Assembly: GCA_023253175.1 (NCBI GenBank)
Contig: JALRHH010000002.1
Location: forward strand, 320,199 to 384,198
DNA: 64,000 bases
Reading direction: 5' to 3'
Source of the DNA: Candidatus Saccharimonadia bacterium
GTDB lineage: Bacteria; Patescibacteriota; Saccharimonadia; Saccharimonadales; JALRHH01
Positions within the stretch are counted from its first letter, which is position 1; every line of letters starts with the position of its first letter. Shown in pieces: positions 1 through 8,843 of the stretch. The position numbers and the translations under genes were made by a program. The notes beneath the pieces were generated by a model. It had not been told where the DNA came from, ran no database searches, and worked only from the letters and a program-made list of their open reading frames with translations.

Positions 1-2
1 AG

Positions 3-1700
3 CGTGATGATGACGAAATCACCGATCTTGCTGATCTTAAGGAAAAGCGTGGCTTCAAGCTAAACGAAGGTGTACCAGTTGTAAAACATAACGAAGAACC
101 AGCCGAAAAACCACGTCCACGCCTCAGCTCACTACGTAATTCAGCAGAGAAAGCTGCGCCGGTTGATCCGGCGGCAGCGCTCGTAACCCGCAGCGATACT
201 GATTGGCAATTTCCAAATGTAAACCTCCTTAACCAGAAGGTTGATAAGGCTGATGCAGGTGATGTCGAAGGCAATGCTGATGCGATCAAAGAAACATTCG
301 AACACTTTAATATTACCGTTGAAATGGAAGGCGCCAACGTTGGCCCGCGTGTCACACAGTACACGCTTAAGCCGCCAACCGGTGTTAAGCTGACTAAGAT
401 TACCGCACTTGAAAACAACCTGGCGCTTGATTTGGCTGCCACGAGCATCCGTATTGAGGCGCCAATTCCTGGAAAGCGCGCGGTTGGTATCGAGGTGCCA
501 AACGTGAAGCCATCAATTGTCCGTGCCTCAAGTCTCTTTATGTCAAAGGACTGGCAAAAGCTTGATAGCCCACTGGGATTTGCGATTGGTAAAGACATTG
601 GTGGGGTACCGGTGGTGGCAGACCTTGCAAAAATGCCGCACCTTATGGTGGCTGGTACGACTGGTTCTGGTAAGTCCGTTGTGCTCAACACGCTGCTGAC
701 AAGTCTTTTGTACCGCAACTCACCATCTGATCTAAAGTTGATTCTGGTTGACCCTAAGTATGTTGAAATGGGTATGTACGATGACATTCCGCACTTGCTA
801 ACCCCAGTTATTACGGAGTCAGAGAAGGTAATTAGTGCGCTGAAATGGGCAATCGCAGAGATGGAACGCCGTCTCAAGGCGATGGCTGAGGTCAAGGCCA
901 AGAATATCGGTGAATACAACAAGATGAAACAAGAATCAGGCATGCCATACATCGTGATCGTGATCGATGAGCTTGCGGATCTTATGATGGTGGCGGCCCG
1001 CGACGTTGAAGCATTGATCGCACGTTTGGCGGCCAAGGCTCGTGCTGCTGGTATTCACCTTGTGCTCGCGACGCAGCGTCCGTCTGTAGACGTTGTTACC
1101 GGTGTGATTAAGGCGAACATTCCAGCCCGTATTGCACTGACGACGCAGTCCCAGGTCGACTCCCGCACGATTATTGACCAGGTCGGTGCAGAGAAGCTGC
1201 TCGGTAAGGGTGACATGCTGCTTAAAACCAGCGATATGCTGAAGCCAAAGCGTGTGCAGTCTGCCTTTATTGATACAGATGAGATTAGCAAAGTTGTTGA
1301 CTTCATTAAGGCGCAGCGCCTGCCGCAGTACGATGACGAGGTTGTATCGCAACCCGTTCAGTTGAATGGCAAGGGCGGCGTGGTTGCTGACTTTGGTGGT
1401 CAGGACGCAGATGACGATATGTTTAAGGACGCAGTGCGTGCAGTGATTGAGGCCAAAAAGGCGTCGACGTCACTCCTGCAGCGCCGTCTCCGTATCGGCT
1501 ATGGCCGTGCAGCACGTTTGATCGAAACCATGGAAGAACAGGGTATAATCGGTCAAGCTGATGGATCTCGTCCGCGTGAAGTACTTGTGAGTAGTTATGA
1601 CGAAGTCTTTGGCGGCGGTGGAGCGAACGTCGATAACGAAGTGCTTGACGAAAACTTCCCAGACGAAGATTCACCCAAAAACCGCTTCCTCGTCCAATAA
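3..1700 (+). CDS. ftsK: DNA translocase FtsK/SpoIIIE (N-terminus lies before the window)
   Basis: Walker A AGTTGSGKS, IVIDELADLMM, HLVLATQRPSVDV, and C-terminal gamma domain STSLLQRRLRIGYGRAARLIE. The frame is open back to the window start. Confidence 0.97.
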   Translation, partial: RDDDEITDLADLKEKRGFKLNEGVPVVKHNEEPAEKPRPRLSSLRNSAEKAAPVDPAAALVTRSDTDWQFPNVNLLNQKVDKADAGDVEGNADAIKETFEHFNITVEMEGANVGPRVTQYTLKPPTGVKLTKITALENNLALDLAATSIRIEAPIPGKRAVGIEVPNVKPSIVRASSLFMSKDWQKLDSPLGFAIGKDIGGVPVVADLAKMPHLMVAGTTGSGKSVVLNTLLTSLLYRNSPSDLKLILVDPKYVEMGMYDDIPHLLTPVITESEKVISALKWAIAEMERRLKAMAEVKAKNIGEYNKMKQESGMPYIVIVIDELADLMMVAARDVEALIARLAAKARAAGIHLVLATQRPSVDVVTGVIKANIPARIALTTQSQVDSRTIIDQVGAEKLLGKGDMLLKTSDMLKPKRVQSAFIDTDEISKVVDFIKAQRLPQYDDEVVSQPVQLNGKGGVVADFGGQDADDDMFKDAVRAVIEAKKASTSLLQRRLRIGYGRAARLIETMEEQGIIGQADGSRPREVLVSSYDEVFGGGGANVDNEVLDENFPDEDSPKNRFLVQ

Positions 1701-1779
1701 ACAGGGTTGATTTAACTGAACCATAAGCGCATTATTATGGTAGATATGGTGAAAACAAACATGGGACAACAGGACTAGC

Positions 1780-2817
1780 ATGGTAGGGCGGATCGGGTCA
1801 GCTGAAGTATATGCTGATCCGTCTGCCGCTGCATCTGAGGTGGCACTCTTCTCGCCACATCCCTCCTATGAGCAGTACCTAAAAATCCACAAGGTTCTGG
1901 TGGGTCCACGCACTGCAGTTACACTCGAGAAAATTCATGAAGATTTATCAAGTGAGTCATTGCCTCGCTATCTTTCGGCTGCAGGTTGGGCGGCCGCTGA
2001 AGCTGCACTTGCCCAAGATACTGTACCAACTAAGCATCGTTTACGATTGTTAGACGCTGCTGTTGATTGCTGGGATAGAGCTGCCAGGAATCAAATGTTC
2101 CTGAACCAATCAGAGAAAGTACATCTGGCAGAGTATTCTGCGCCGTATAGAGCAGCACTTGATATTGCAACAGAGCCACTGCTGCGAGGCATTGTGCTCG
2201 GTAATGTAACGGGCAAAGTGCTTGATGACGTATTTGAAGACTGTCTTGCAATTGCCAATGCGAATGCAGCTGAATACACAGACGCACTTGCTAACGGTGA
2301 TCATGAGAGGATTGCTGAACACAGCGGTTTTGGGTACGAGTGCAACGCGCTCCTTGCGCTCAATCGTCTCAAAATGAAAACATGGTTTGCTGTGCCGGCA
2401 TTCGCACGTTCAGATAGTGGCCATCATCATCCCGAACAGACGCATGATCTTTCTGTAATACGACAAAAGTGGGGGGTTATTAAAGGTATTACACCCGTTG
2501 AAATCAAAGCAGCAGCGAATGCTCGTGCGAAGCGGCGGTATAAAGCTTTGCTCGTAAGGGGTAAAATGCATCTGTCTACACCAGGGAAATATCCGCCAAC
2601 AGAAACACTCGGTGCTATTAATGCTGTTCATCTTGGTAATGCCTCCCGGGATCAGATGAAATTAGCAGAACAAGCATCTGTAACATTAATAGATATGCTT
2701 CGCGACTACCGCGCGGGCGAGGTGCTTGGCGGTATTGCAACCGAGCGTTCCGTAACTGCATTTAGAAGTAATGCATTGGTGGTAGCACGTCATCCAGGCT
2801 TGAATGTGGCTGTATGA
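1780..2817 (+). CDS. Hypothetical protein, possible PD-(D/E)XK nuclease-like fold
   Basis: 345-aa ORF with E...HD(L)...VEIK pattern (GYECNALL / THDLSVI / PVEIKA). Confidence 0.6.
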   Translation: MVGRIGSAEVYADPSAAASEVALFSPHPSYEQYLKIHKVLVGPRTAVTLEKIHEDLSSESLPRYLSAAGWAAAEAALAQDTVPTKHRLRLLDAAVDCWDRAARNQMFLNQSEKVHLAEYSAPYRAALDIATEPLLRGIVLGNVTGKVLDDVFEDCLAIANANAAEYTDALANGDHERIAEHSGFGYECNALLALNRLKMKTWFAVPAFARSDSGHHHPEQTHDLSVIRQKWGVIKGITPVEIKAAANARAKRRYKALLVRGKMHLSTPGKYPPTETLGAINAVHLGNASRDQMKLAEQASVTLIDMLRDYRAGEVLGGIATERSVTAFRSNALVVARHPGLNVAV

Positions 2818-2846
2818 GCCAAGAGAGGTCTTAATTATGTCCCGGA

Positions 2847-3281
2847 TTATTTCTTTAAAAGTACAAAACCAACAATCAGTATTGGCAGCACAACGAATGT
2901 AATCCCAAAGCTACCAAATAGCCAGAGTAGTCCAGATTCATCCCTGGATGCAGTGATAATGTAGGCAGTTATAACGACTGTGGAACCGGCGATAAGTGAT
3001 AATCCAATTTTTTTATGTTGAGAATGTTTTGCCGATACTAAAGGAGTAGCAGGTGTAGCTTCAAGGGGTTCTTTAGATAGTGCAATGAACTTGGACATAA
3101 GAAACCAACCGAGTGCGAGGAATGGAACCCAGATGGCTGCAGTTAAGATCATTCCAAAGATAAATACTCTGTAATCCATTTCCGGATCGGATAGTACAGA
3201 TAAGGAGCCGATAAGGTATGTCAAAAAAGGTACAGTCGATAAGACAGCACCAATAAGATACAAAGTTTTTTTGGTCCGCAT
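2847..3281 (-). CDS. Hypothetical membrane protein (~4 TM)
   Basis: 144 aa with four hydrophobic stretches. Confidence 0.7.
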   Translation of the reverse strand: MRTKKTLYLIGAVLSTVPFLTYLIGSLSVLSDPEMDYRVFIFGMILTAAIWVPFLALGWFLMSKFIALSKEPLEATPATPLVSAKHSQHKKIGLSLIAGSTVVITAYIITASRDESGLLWLFGSFGITFVVLPILIVGFVLLKK

Positions 3282-3301
3282 GGCTCAATAGTAGCATAGA
3301 C

Positions 3302-3330
3302 TTGCATAACAGGGGTGATTATAGTATACT
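3302..3330 (+). promoter_or_regulatory. Sigma70-type promoter of rpsF-rpsR
   Basis: TTGCAT-17bp-TATACT. Confidence 0.7.
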
Positions 3331-3395
3331 AGCGGAGTTAATAACTCAGCTCATAGCAAATAAGGCGTATGGGCTATAACCAAGGGAGAATCTCT

Positions 3396-3779
3396 ATGAT
3401 TTCACAGTACGAAGTTGCTGTACTCTATCACCCTGACCTTGAAGTCGATCTGACCAAGGCAGAGGAGCGCGTAACCAAGATCATCACCGACAACGGTGGT
3501 AAGATTACCGCTACCGACAACTGGGGCAAGCGCAAGCTGCTCTACACAATCAAGAAGCTTGACCACGCTGTCTACGTGTTTTACACCGTAGAAATGCCAG
3601 GTGAAGGTGTTAAGAAGGTTGAATCAACCCTTAACATTACTGACGAAGTAATTCGTTACCTTATTACTAAGCCAGACCTTAAGAAGCTTGCTAAGGCTGA
3701 GGCTGCTAAGGCTGAAAAGGCTAAGAAAGCTGCAGAGCGCGGTGAATCAGCTGATTCTGACGAAAAGGACGAGGAGTAA
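3396..3779 (+). CDS. rpsF: 30S ribosomal protein S6
   Basis: [11 protein letters not shown]...[12 protein letters not shown]...VIRYLI; GGAGA SD before ATG 3396. Confidence 0.96.
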   Translation: MISQYEVAVLYHPDLEVDLTKAEERVTKIITDNGGKITATDNWGKRKLLYTIKKLDHAVYVFYTVEMPGEGVKKVESTLNITDEVIRYLITKPDLKKLAKAEAAKAEKAKKAAERGESADSDEKDEE

Positions 3780-3783
3780 ATTT

Positions 3784-3987
3784 ATGGCTAAGATTTTCAA
3801 GCACAAGACAGACGTTGCATACTTTGACCACAAGGATTTCAAAACTTTGCAGCGTTACATCAATCAGTTTGGTCAGATCGAGTCTCGCAAGAAGACTGGT
3901 CTCAAGGAAAGCGAACAGCGCCGCCTCGCGATTGCGATCAAGCGTGCTCGTCACCTTGCATTGCTACCATTCGTAGCACAGGGTTAA
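3784..3987 (+). CDS. rpsR: 30S ribosomal protein S18 (no Zn-ribbon cysteines)
   Basis: [12 protein letters not shown]...GQI...TG...[19 protein letters not shown]. Confidence 0.96.
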   Translation: MAKIFKHKTDVAYFDHKDFKTLQRYINQFGQIESRKKTGLKESEQRRLAIAIKRARHLALLPFVAQG

Positions 3988-4006
3988 TATCCCTTGAAAC
4001 TGTAGT

Positions 4007-4037
4007 AAAAAAGAGCTCACACTGGTGGGCTCTTTTT
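4007..4037 (+). terminator. Intrinsic terminator after rpsR (bidirectional type)
   Basis: AAAAAAGAGCTCAC-actg-GTGGGCTCTTTTT. Confidence 0.85.
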
Positions 4038-4099
4038 ATATGCGTTACAATATGAGTACAAATTAAATGGACATAGTTCCATAACAGGAGGGATGCCAC

Positions 4100-4573
4100 A
4101 TGGCACGTAGTTTCAATCAAGTCGTATTAATGGGGAACTTGACCCGTGATCCAGAGCTTCGTCAGACACCGAATGGTCAGTCTGTGACAAGCTTTAGCCT
4201 GGCGCTAAACCGCAGTTACAAAGGTTCTGATGGCCAGTGGCAAGAAGCAACAGATTACATTGATGTTGTTGCATGGGGCCCACTTGGTGAGCGCGTTGCG
4301 CAGTACCTGTCAAAAGGTCGTCCATGTCTTGTGAATGGTCGTTTGCAATCACGTAGCTGGGAGCAAGACGGTCAAAAGCGCAGCAAGGTAGAAGTTGTTG
4401 CGCAGGACGTTACATTCCTTGGTGGTGCAGGTGAAGGCGGCGGTAACAGCGGCTCTTCTTACGGTGGTGAAAGCAGCGCACCCGCAGCATCTGCGCCAGC
4501 TAAGAAAAAGGATGACATTGTTATCGAGGACATTGGTGACGAGCCAATCAACCTTGACGACATTCCTTTCTAA
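4100..4573 (+). CDS. ssb: Single-stranded DNA-binding protein
   Basis: NQVVLMGNLTRDPELRQT; acidic tail LDDIPF. Confidence 0.98.
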   Translation: MARSFNQVVLMGNLTRDPELRQTPNGQSVTSFSLALNRSYKGSDGQWQEATDYIDVVAWGPLGERVAQYLSKGRPCLVNGRLQSRSWEQDGQKRSKVEVVAQDVTFLGGAGEGGGNSGSSYGGESSAPAASAPAKKKDDIVIEDIGDEPINLDDIPF

Positions 4574-4908
4574 TGACAGAAGAAGTTCAGTCGCCATTTT
4601 TACTCGCAAAACGTCTGGAAGCAGACGTTTTGCGTTTATTATCACAGATGGATGTTTCTTTGCTAACTACTGCCGAACAGCAAAAGGTATCGACGCTGAA
4701 GCATAGTTTGATTGATGCTCGGCTCGAGATCCAGGATTATGAACTGGCAGAAACCAGGGAAGATCAGCTGCGAAATGCTGCAGATTCTAAAAAATATCTT
4801 CAGATAGCGAAAACCATTATTACCAGCGGTAACTTATATGTGTTCGGTGCGGTTGATGTGGCACACCTAACGGCTCAGCTTGAACAAATTGTTGAACGGC
4901 TCCACTAG
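4573..4908 (+). CDS. Hypothetical helical protein
   Basis: 111-aa ORF coupled to ssb by a TAATG overlap. Confidence 0.75.
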   Translation: MTEEVQSPFLLAKRLEADVLRLLSQMDVSLLTTAEQQKVSTLKHSLIDARLEIQDYELAETREDQLRNAADSKKYLQIAKTIITSGNLYVFGAVDVAHLTAQLEQIVERLH

Positions 4909-4953
4909 CATCACTGATTGTAACAGGGGTAGGAAGCTGGTATACTTATGCAT

Positions 4954-5238
4954 ATGAGTAGTCATGACGATATCCAAAGACAAGCAGAGCGTATGCGCAA
5001 CACCCTGAAGGATTGGCTTGATATGCCCGGTCATTCGCAGGCCAAAGCCGTGCAGCAAAATATCGAACGTTTGATTAGTGATGCTCGAGGTAAGAAGAGC
5101 CGCGAAGCACTCGACAATGACCTGAAACAGATTATGCAGAGTCTCGAGCGTGTCGAGGAAGAAGTCATGGATCACCACCACAGCGACAAGCTGATTGGTA
5201 TGTGTGAAGACCTTCGCCGCGAAGCATCCCGACTTTAA
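4954..5238 (+). CDS. Hypothetical helical protein
   Basis: ORF with -10 TATACT (4941-4946) 7 nt upstream of ATG 4954. Confidence 0.7.
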   Translation: MSSHDDIQRQAERMRNTLKDWLDMPGHSQAKAVQQNIERLISDARGKKSREALDNDLKQIMQSLERVEEEVMDHHHSDKLIGMCEDLRREASRL

Positions 5239-5271
5239 CAGAGATGATATACTAGTAACAACCACAGATAA

Positions 5272-5392
5272 GTGGATGTTTAGGCGAGCGCAGATTGGGA
5301 TGCTGAACGAGGCTTGATCTGGAGTCGTACTGATGTACGACGAAAGGTCAGACGTAAGTTCAGCGCCCAAGGTGGGCCGCATTAACATTCAC
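5272..5392 (+). repeat. Long nested imperfect palindrome upstream of efp
   Basis: GTGGATGTT/AACATTCAC, TTGGG/CCCAA, GCTGAAC/GTTCAGC; apex GTCGTAC-tgat-GTACGAC. Confidence 0.75.
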
Positions 5393-5409
5393 GCACACAA
5401 GGAGTAAGA

Positions 5410-5976
5410 ATGGCACTTGGAGTTACGGATTTAAAAAAAGGACAGGTATTTCAGATGGATGGTACACCGTACCGCGTCGTTGAATATTCCCAGAAGGTTG
5501 TGGGCCGCGGTGGTTCAATCGTGAATGTTAAGATCAAGAGCTTGCTTGATGGCAAAGTATTGGCAAAGACATTCAAAGGTAACGAATCTATTGAGCCAGC
5601 TGATATTACCAATAAAAATGTCCAGTTCTTGTATTCAGACGACAATACATTTTTCTTTATGGATGAAGATACTTATGAACAGTTTGAACTATCCGCAGAA
5701 GACATGGAATCGCAGAAGGGTTACATGAAGGAAGGCGACCGCGTGCAGGCGCAGCTGTTTGACGGCCGCGTGATAAACATTGAACTTGCTAAGAACGTAC
5801 CACTAAAGGTTGTGTATACCGAAAATGTCGTCAAGGGCGATACGACCAGTAGTGTACTCAAGGATGCCGAAGTAGAGACTGGCATTACTGTCAAAGTACC
5901 AGCCTTTATAAAGGAAGGTGATCTGATTTCTGTTGATACCACGACAGGCGCATACCGCGAACGCGTGAAGGATTAA
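5410..5976 (+). CDS. efp: Elongation factor P
   Basis: TDLKKG...QFLYSD...FMDEDTYEQ...VKGDT...ETG...VPAFIKEGD.I.VDT. Confidence 0.97.
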   Translation: MALGVTDLKKGQVFQMDGTPYRVVEYSQKVVGRGGSIVNVKIKSLLDGKVLAKTFKGNESIEPADITNKNVQFLYSDDNTFFFMDEDTYEQFELSAEDMESQKGYMKEGDRVQAQLFDGRVINIELAKNVPLKVVYTENVVKGDTTSSVLKDAEVETGITVKVPAFIKEGDLISVDTTTGAYRERVKD

Positions 5977-5978
5977 GC

Positions 5979-6464
5979 ATGTCGGCACCGCTTAACCATA
6001 CAATGTTAGCACTCACATTTGAGCAGTACCCAGATGGTTATGAGACTGAAAAAGTCCCACGTCATATCACGGTTTTACCATGGTTCACAGGCGATGAGCA
6101 CAATACGACTCAAATTATCAGTGAGGCTTGTGGGCAGACAGGGCCCATAGAGGTTTTGCCCGGAAAACTTGGACAAGTAGGGTCAGAGGGATACTGGAAG
6201 GCTGCACGTTTCCTGGAGAGTTCCGCACTTCGTCTATTCCATAAAAGACTATTCTCCGAGCTCGTGAAGGAGGGTATTGCATTTTCTCATCCCCAGTGGC
6301 TTGGAGATAACTACGCCCCACATATTCGTGTAAAACCAGGAGATTCGGATTTTTATCCGGAAGGCTACACGTTTTCTAGTCTTGCAATGGTACGTAATGG
6401 TAGGGGGATTATCGACGGGGCTGCGCGTAAAACCATTACTAATATTCCACTAGGCAATCGTTAA
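5979..6464 (+). CDS. 2H phosphoesterase (LigT / 2'-5' RNA ligase superfamily), copy 1
   Basis: PRHITVLPWF ... YAPHIRV (second motif HxR). Confidence 0.75.
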   Translation: MSAPLNHTMLALTFEQYPDGYETEKVPRHITVLPWFTGDEHNTTQIISEACGQTGPIEVLPGKLGQVGSEGYWKAARFLESSALRLFHKRLFSELVKEGIAFSHPQWLGDNYAPHIRVKPGDSDFYPEGYTFSSLAMVRNGRGIIDGAARKTITNIPLGNR

Positions 6465-6943
6465 TGCATGCATATTTACTCGCACTTGAGATTGAACCAG
6501 TAGAAATTGGTAAGGTGTATGTGGCATTGCCACTGCACTGTACGGTGGTGCACTGGTTCCGTTCCGACAAAACACCGGCTGAAATCCTGAAGGCTATTAC
6601 ACCGGTTGTAACGACGACTGCACCACTTGAACTTGTCAGCGGGCCGGAAGATATGTTTGGCAAGGACAAGGACGTGCCGGTAAATAGATTGCTCAATGAT
6701 GAAAAGCTCATGGCTCTTCACAAGTCGCTGCATACACTACTACAGCAGATTGGGGCAAGGGACGTAGAGCCGATCTGGACGGGTGATGGATTTAATATGC
6801 ATGTCACTAGGCAACGAAGTGGTCGGTTCGAGGAGGGGCGGCGGTTTACTGCCCGAAAATTATACCTGGCAGAGGCGCTGTTACCTGATGAACTGCAGCA
6901 GAAGAAAATTACCTCAAAACTCATTTTAAAGGGTGATTCATGA
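6464..6943 (+). CDS. 2H phosphoesterase, copy 2
   Basis: LPLHCTVVHWF ... FNMHVTR. Confidence 0.8.
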   Translation: MHAYLLALEIEPVEIGKVYVALPLHCTVVHWFRSDKTPAEILKAITPVVTTTAPLELVSGPEDMFGKDKDVPVNRLLNDEKLMALHKSLHTLLQQIGARDVEPIWTGDGFNMHVTRQRSGRFEEGRRFTARKLYLAEALLPDELQQKKITSKLILKGDS

Positions 6944-7425
6944 ATCCCGGTGCATTAGTGCTTGTTGCAATGGTAGACCCGGCTTCTGTGCCGTCAACAT
7001 TTCGCAGAAAGCTTCTAGAGTGGCCGTTACATGTGACGGTCGCGCCATGGTTTTCGGTGCCCGACGAGGACCTATTTATTCAATTCCTAGAGCGGAACTT
7101 ACCAAGTGAGCCAAGTTTTGAATCACTTATGGGTGAGGATGCAGCTTTTGGTGCAGACAACGAAATTCCGGTAACGCTCGTTTCGAACAGGGAGCCATTT
7201 GCGGTACTGCACAATTATTTGCTCGAAGCGATTCATGGTTATGACGGCGTGATGCTCGTGAACACATGGATCCGCGAAAACTATAAGCCACATGTCACGC
7301 ATCATGGCGAAAACAGATTATTCCCCGGTGATACATTTATGGTTCGCTCACTGACCTTGGTGAGATTACTGGATGAAGATGTGTGCGAAGTTGTAACATC
7401 ATTTGCTTTAGGAGCAGGGAAATGA
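6940..7425 (+). CDS. 2H phosphoesterase, copy 3
   Basis: WPLHVTVAPWF ... YKPHVTH. Confidence 0.85.
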   Translation: MNPGALVLVAMVDPASVPSTFRRKLLEWPLHVTVAPWFSVPDEDLFIQFLERNLPSEPSFESLMGEDAAFGADNEIPVTLVSNREPFAVLHNYLLEAIHGYDGVMLVNTWIRENYKPHVTHHGENRLFPGDTFMVRSLTLVRLLDEDVCEVVTSFALGAGK

Positions 7426-8138
7426 AACAAAGATTAGATCAGGTGCTTGTGGTGAAAGGGCTACTACCAACCCGTAGTCAGGCAGAGAATTTTATCCGCC
7501 TCGGCGACGTAACGGTAAACGGCAAAGTGGTGACTAAGCCGGGATTTATGCTAAATCCTAATGATACGGTTGAGCTTACCGCTAAGGAACAGTATGTATC
7601 CCGTGCTGGTCTAAAACTTGCATCGATTGCCAAGATTCTGAACCTAAATTTCAAGGGTGCTGTCGTGCTGGACGTTGGATCAAGCACCGGTGGGTTTACG
7701 GATTACGCTCTCCAGCACGGCGCAGATCACGTTATTGCAGTGGATGTCGGCACGAACCAGCTGCATCCAAGTCTGCATGGCAATCCAAAGATTGAATTGT
7801 ACGAGCAAACCGACATACGTGATGTTAAGGCGCTGTCGCGGGCGGCGGATATCGTCGTGATTGATGTATCGTTTATTAGTCTGCGGGAAATATTGCCGAC
7901 AGTCGCTAAGTTATCTACCAAAGGCACTAAGATTGCTGCCATGGTTAAGCCACAGTTCGAGGCAGGGAATAATGCCAAGCACAAAGGCGTAATCAAGAAC
8001 GATCGTATGCGCCGTGATATTCTGCAGGATTTTGAAATGTGGGCAAAAAAGTACTTTGTGGTTCTTGATAAGGCGGATTCCGAGGTTGCGGGAACCAAAG
8101 GAAACCGCGAACGGTTCTACCTGTTGCAAAAGGTATAG
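7422..8138 (+). CDS. tlyA: TlyA family rRNA 2'-O-methyltransferase
   Basis: S4 domain KQRLDQVLV; YVSRAGLKL; LDVGSSTGGFTD; DVSFISL; VKPQFE; KGNRE. Confidence 0.96.
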   Translation: MKQRLDQVLVVKGLLPTRSQAENFIRLGDVTVNGKVVTKPGFMLNPNDTVELTAKEQYVSRAGLKLASIAKILNLNFKGAVVLDVGSSTGGFTDYALQHGADHVIAVDVGTNQLHPSLHGNPKIELYEQTDIRDVKALSRAADIVVIDVSFISLREILPTVAKLSTKGTKIAAMVKPQFEAGNNAKHKGVIKNDRMRRDILQDFEMWAKKYFVVLDKADSEVAGTKGNRERFYLLQKV

Positions 8139-8141
8139 ATA

Positions 8142-8171
8142 TTGACAAAATAGCATTAAATATGCTATAAT
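8142..8171 (+). promoter_or_regulatory. Consensus sigma70 promoter with extended -10
   Basis: TTGACA-18bp-TATAAT with TGc before the -10. Confidence 0.75.
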
Positions 8172-8230
8172 AGAAGGATGTAACCAGTTCTGGCTGCATG
8201 TTCTTCCCCAACAAGAGAGGACGCATTACA

Positions 8231-8668
8231 ATGCGATCTTTCCGTTTCAACCCCACGTCAATCATCACGGTCGTCGCTGTGGTGGCAGGCTACTTCGCCT
8301 TGTCGGCATCCACCGCACAGGCAGGAGAAGATGACCTGAAGGCCGTTCACCCGAACGTGATCAGCAGGACCATCAACGAGCCGTGCCCCAGGGGCTTCGA
8401 CAAGCAGTTCAAGGCGCGACTCGTCGTTCCGAAGGGCAGCAGGATCTACAAGGCTCTCGAGCTCAAGATCCTCTTCTCTGGAGGCGATGCGCCCGAGGAA
8501 TCCGGCCAGAAGATCAACTCGCGTACCTACGAGTACTTCGTGACCGCACCCTCGCGCAAGAGCACCATCGACCTCTACCGGCTGCGGTACATCGCGATCT
8601 ACGCGGACTACTCCGGCCACACCTACAAGTTCAAGCTGAGCCACACCTGTATGTCGCGTGAAGTCTGA
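8231..8668 (+). CDS. Secreted hypothetical protein with GC-rich codon usage
   Basis: Signal peptide IITVVAVVAGYFALSASTAQA; SD GAGAGGA; two Cys; third codon positions mostly G/C. Confidence 0.75.
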   Translation: MRSFRFNPTSIITVVAVVAGYFALSASTAQAGEDDLKAVHPNVISRTINEPCPRGFDKQFKARLVVPKGSRIYKALELKILFSGGDAPEESGQKINSRTYEYFVTAPSRKSTIDLYRLRYIAIYADYSGHTYKFKLSHTCMSREV

Positions 8669-8702
8669 CCGGGTGAAGCGTCAATCTCGGGTCTGAAGAA
8701 CC

Positions 8703-8794
8703 AAGCGGAGACGCGTATGTGCTGTACTCGGCAGAGGACAAGATCGACCACCATGGTCATCCCCTCTACCGAGTACCACATACGCCCTCCGCTT
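8703..8794. repeat. 92-nt bulged inverted repeat after the GC-rich gene (may also terminate transcription)
   Basis: AAGCGGAG/CTCCGCTT, GCGTATGTG/CACATACGC, GTACTCGG/CCGAGTAC, AGAGG/CCTCT, GACCA/TGGTC. Confidence 0.85.
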
Positions 8795-8843
8795 TCTTCA
8801 TTTTAGGCACCAGAATTTAAAGAGCTAATGCTACAATACGGTC

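Noticed and set aside
4867..5388. 173-aa minus-strand ORF
   Set aside because: Antisense to a better supported + strand gene and to the palindromic element; no protein-like motifs.
8703..8794. Integron attC site
   Set aside because: It lacks RYYYAAC/GTTRRRY ends, there is no cassette array, and no IntI is present. Kept only as an unexplained hairpin.
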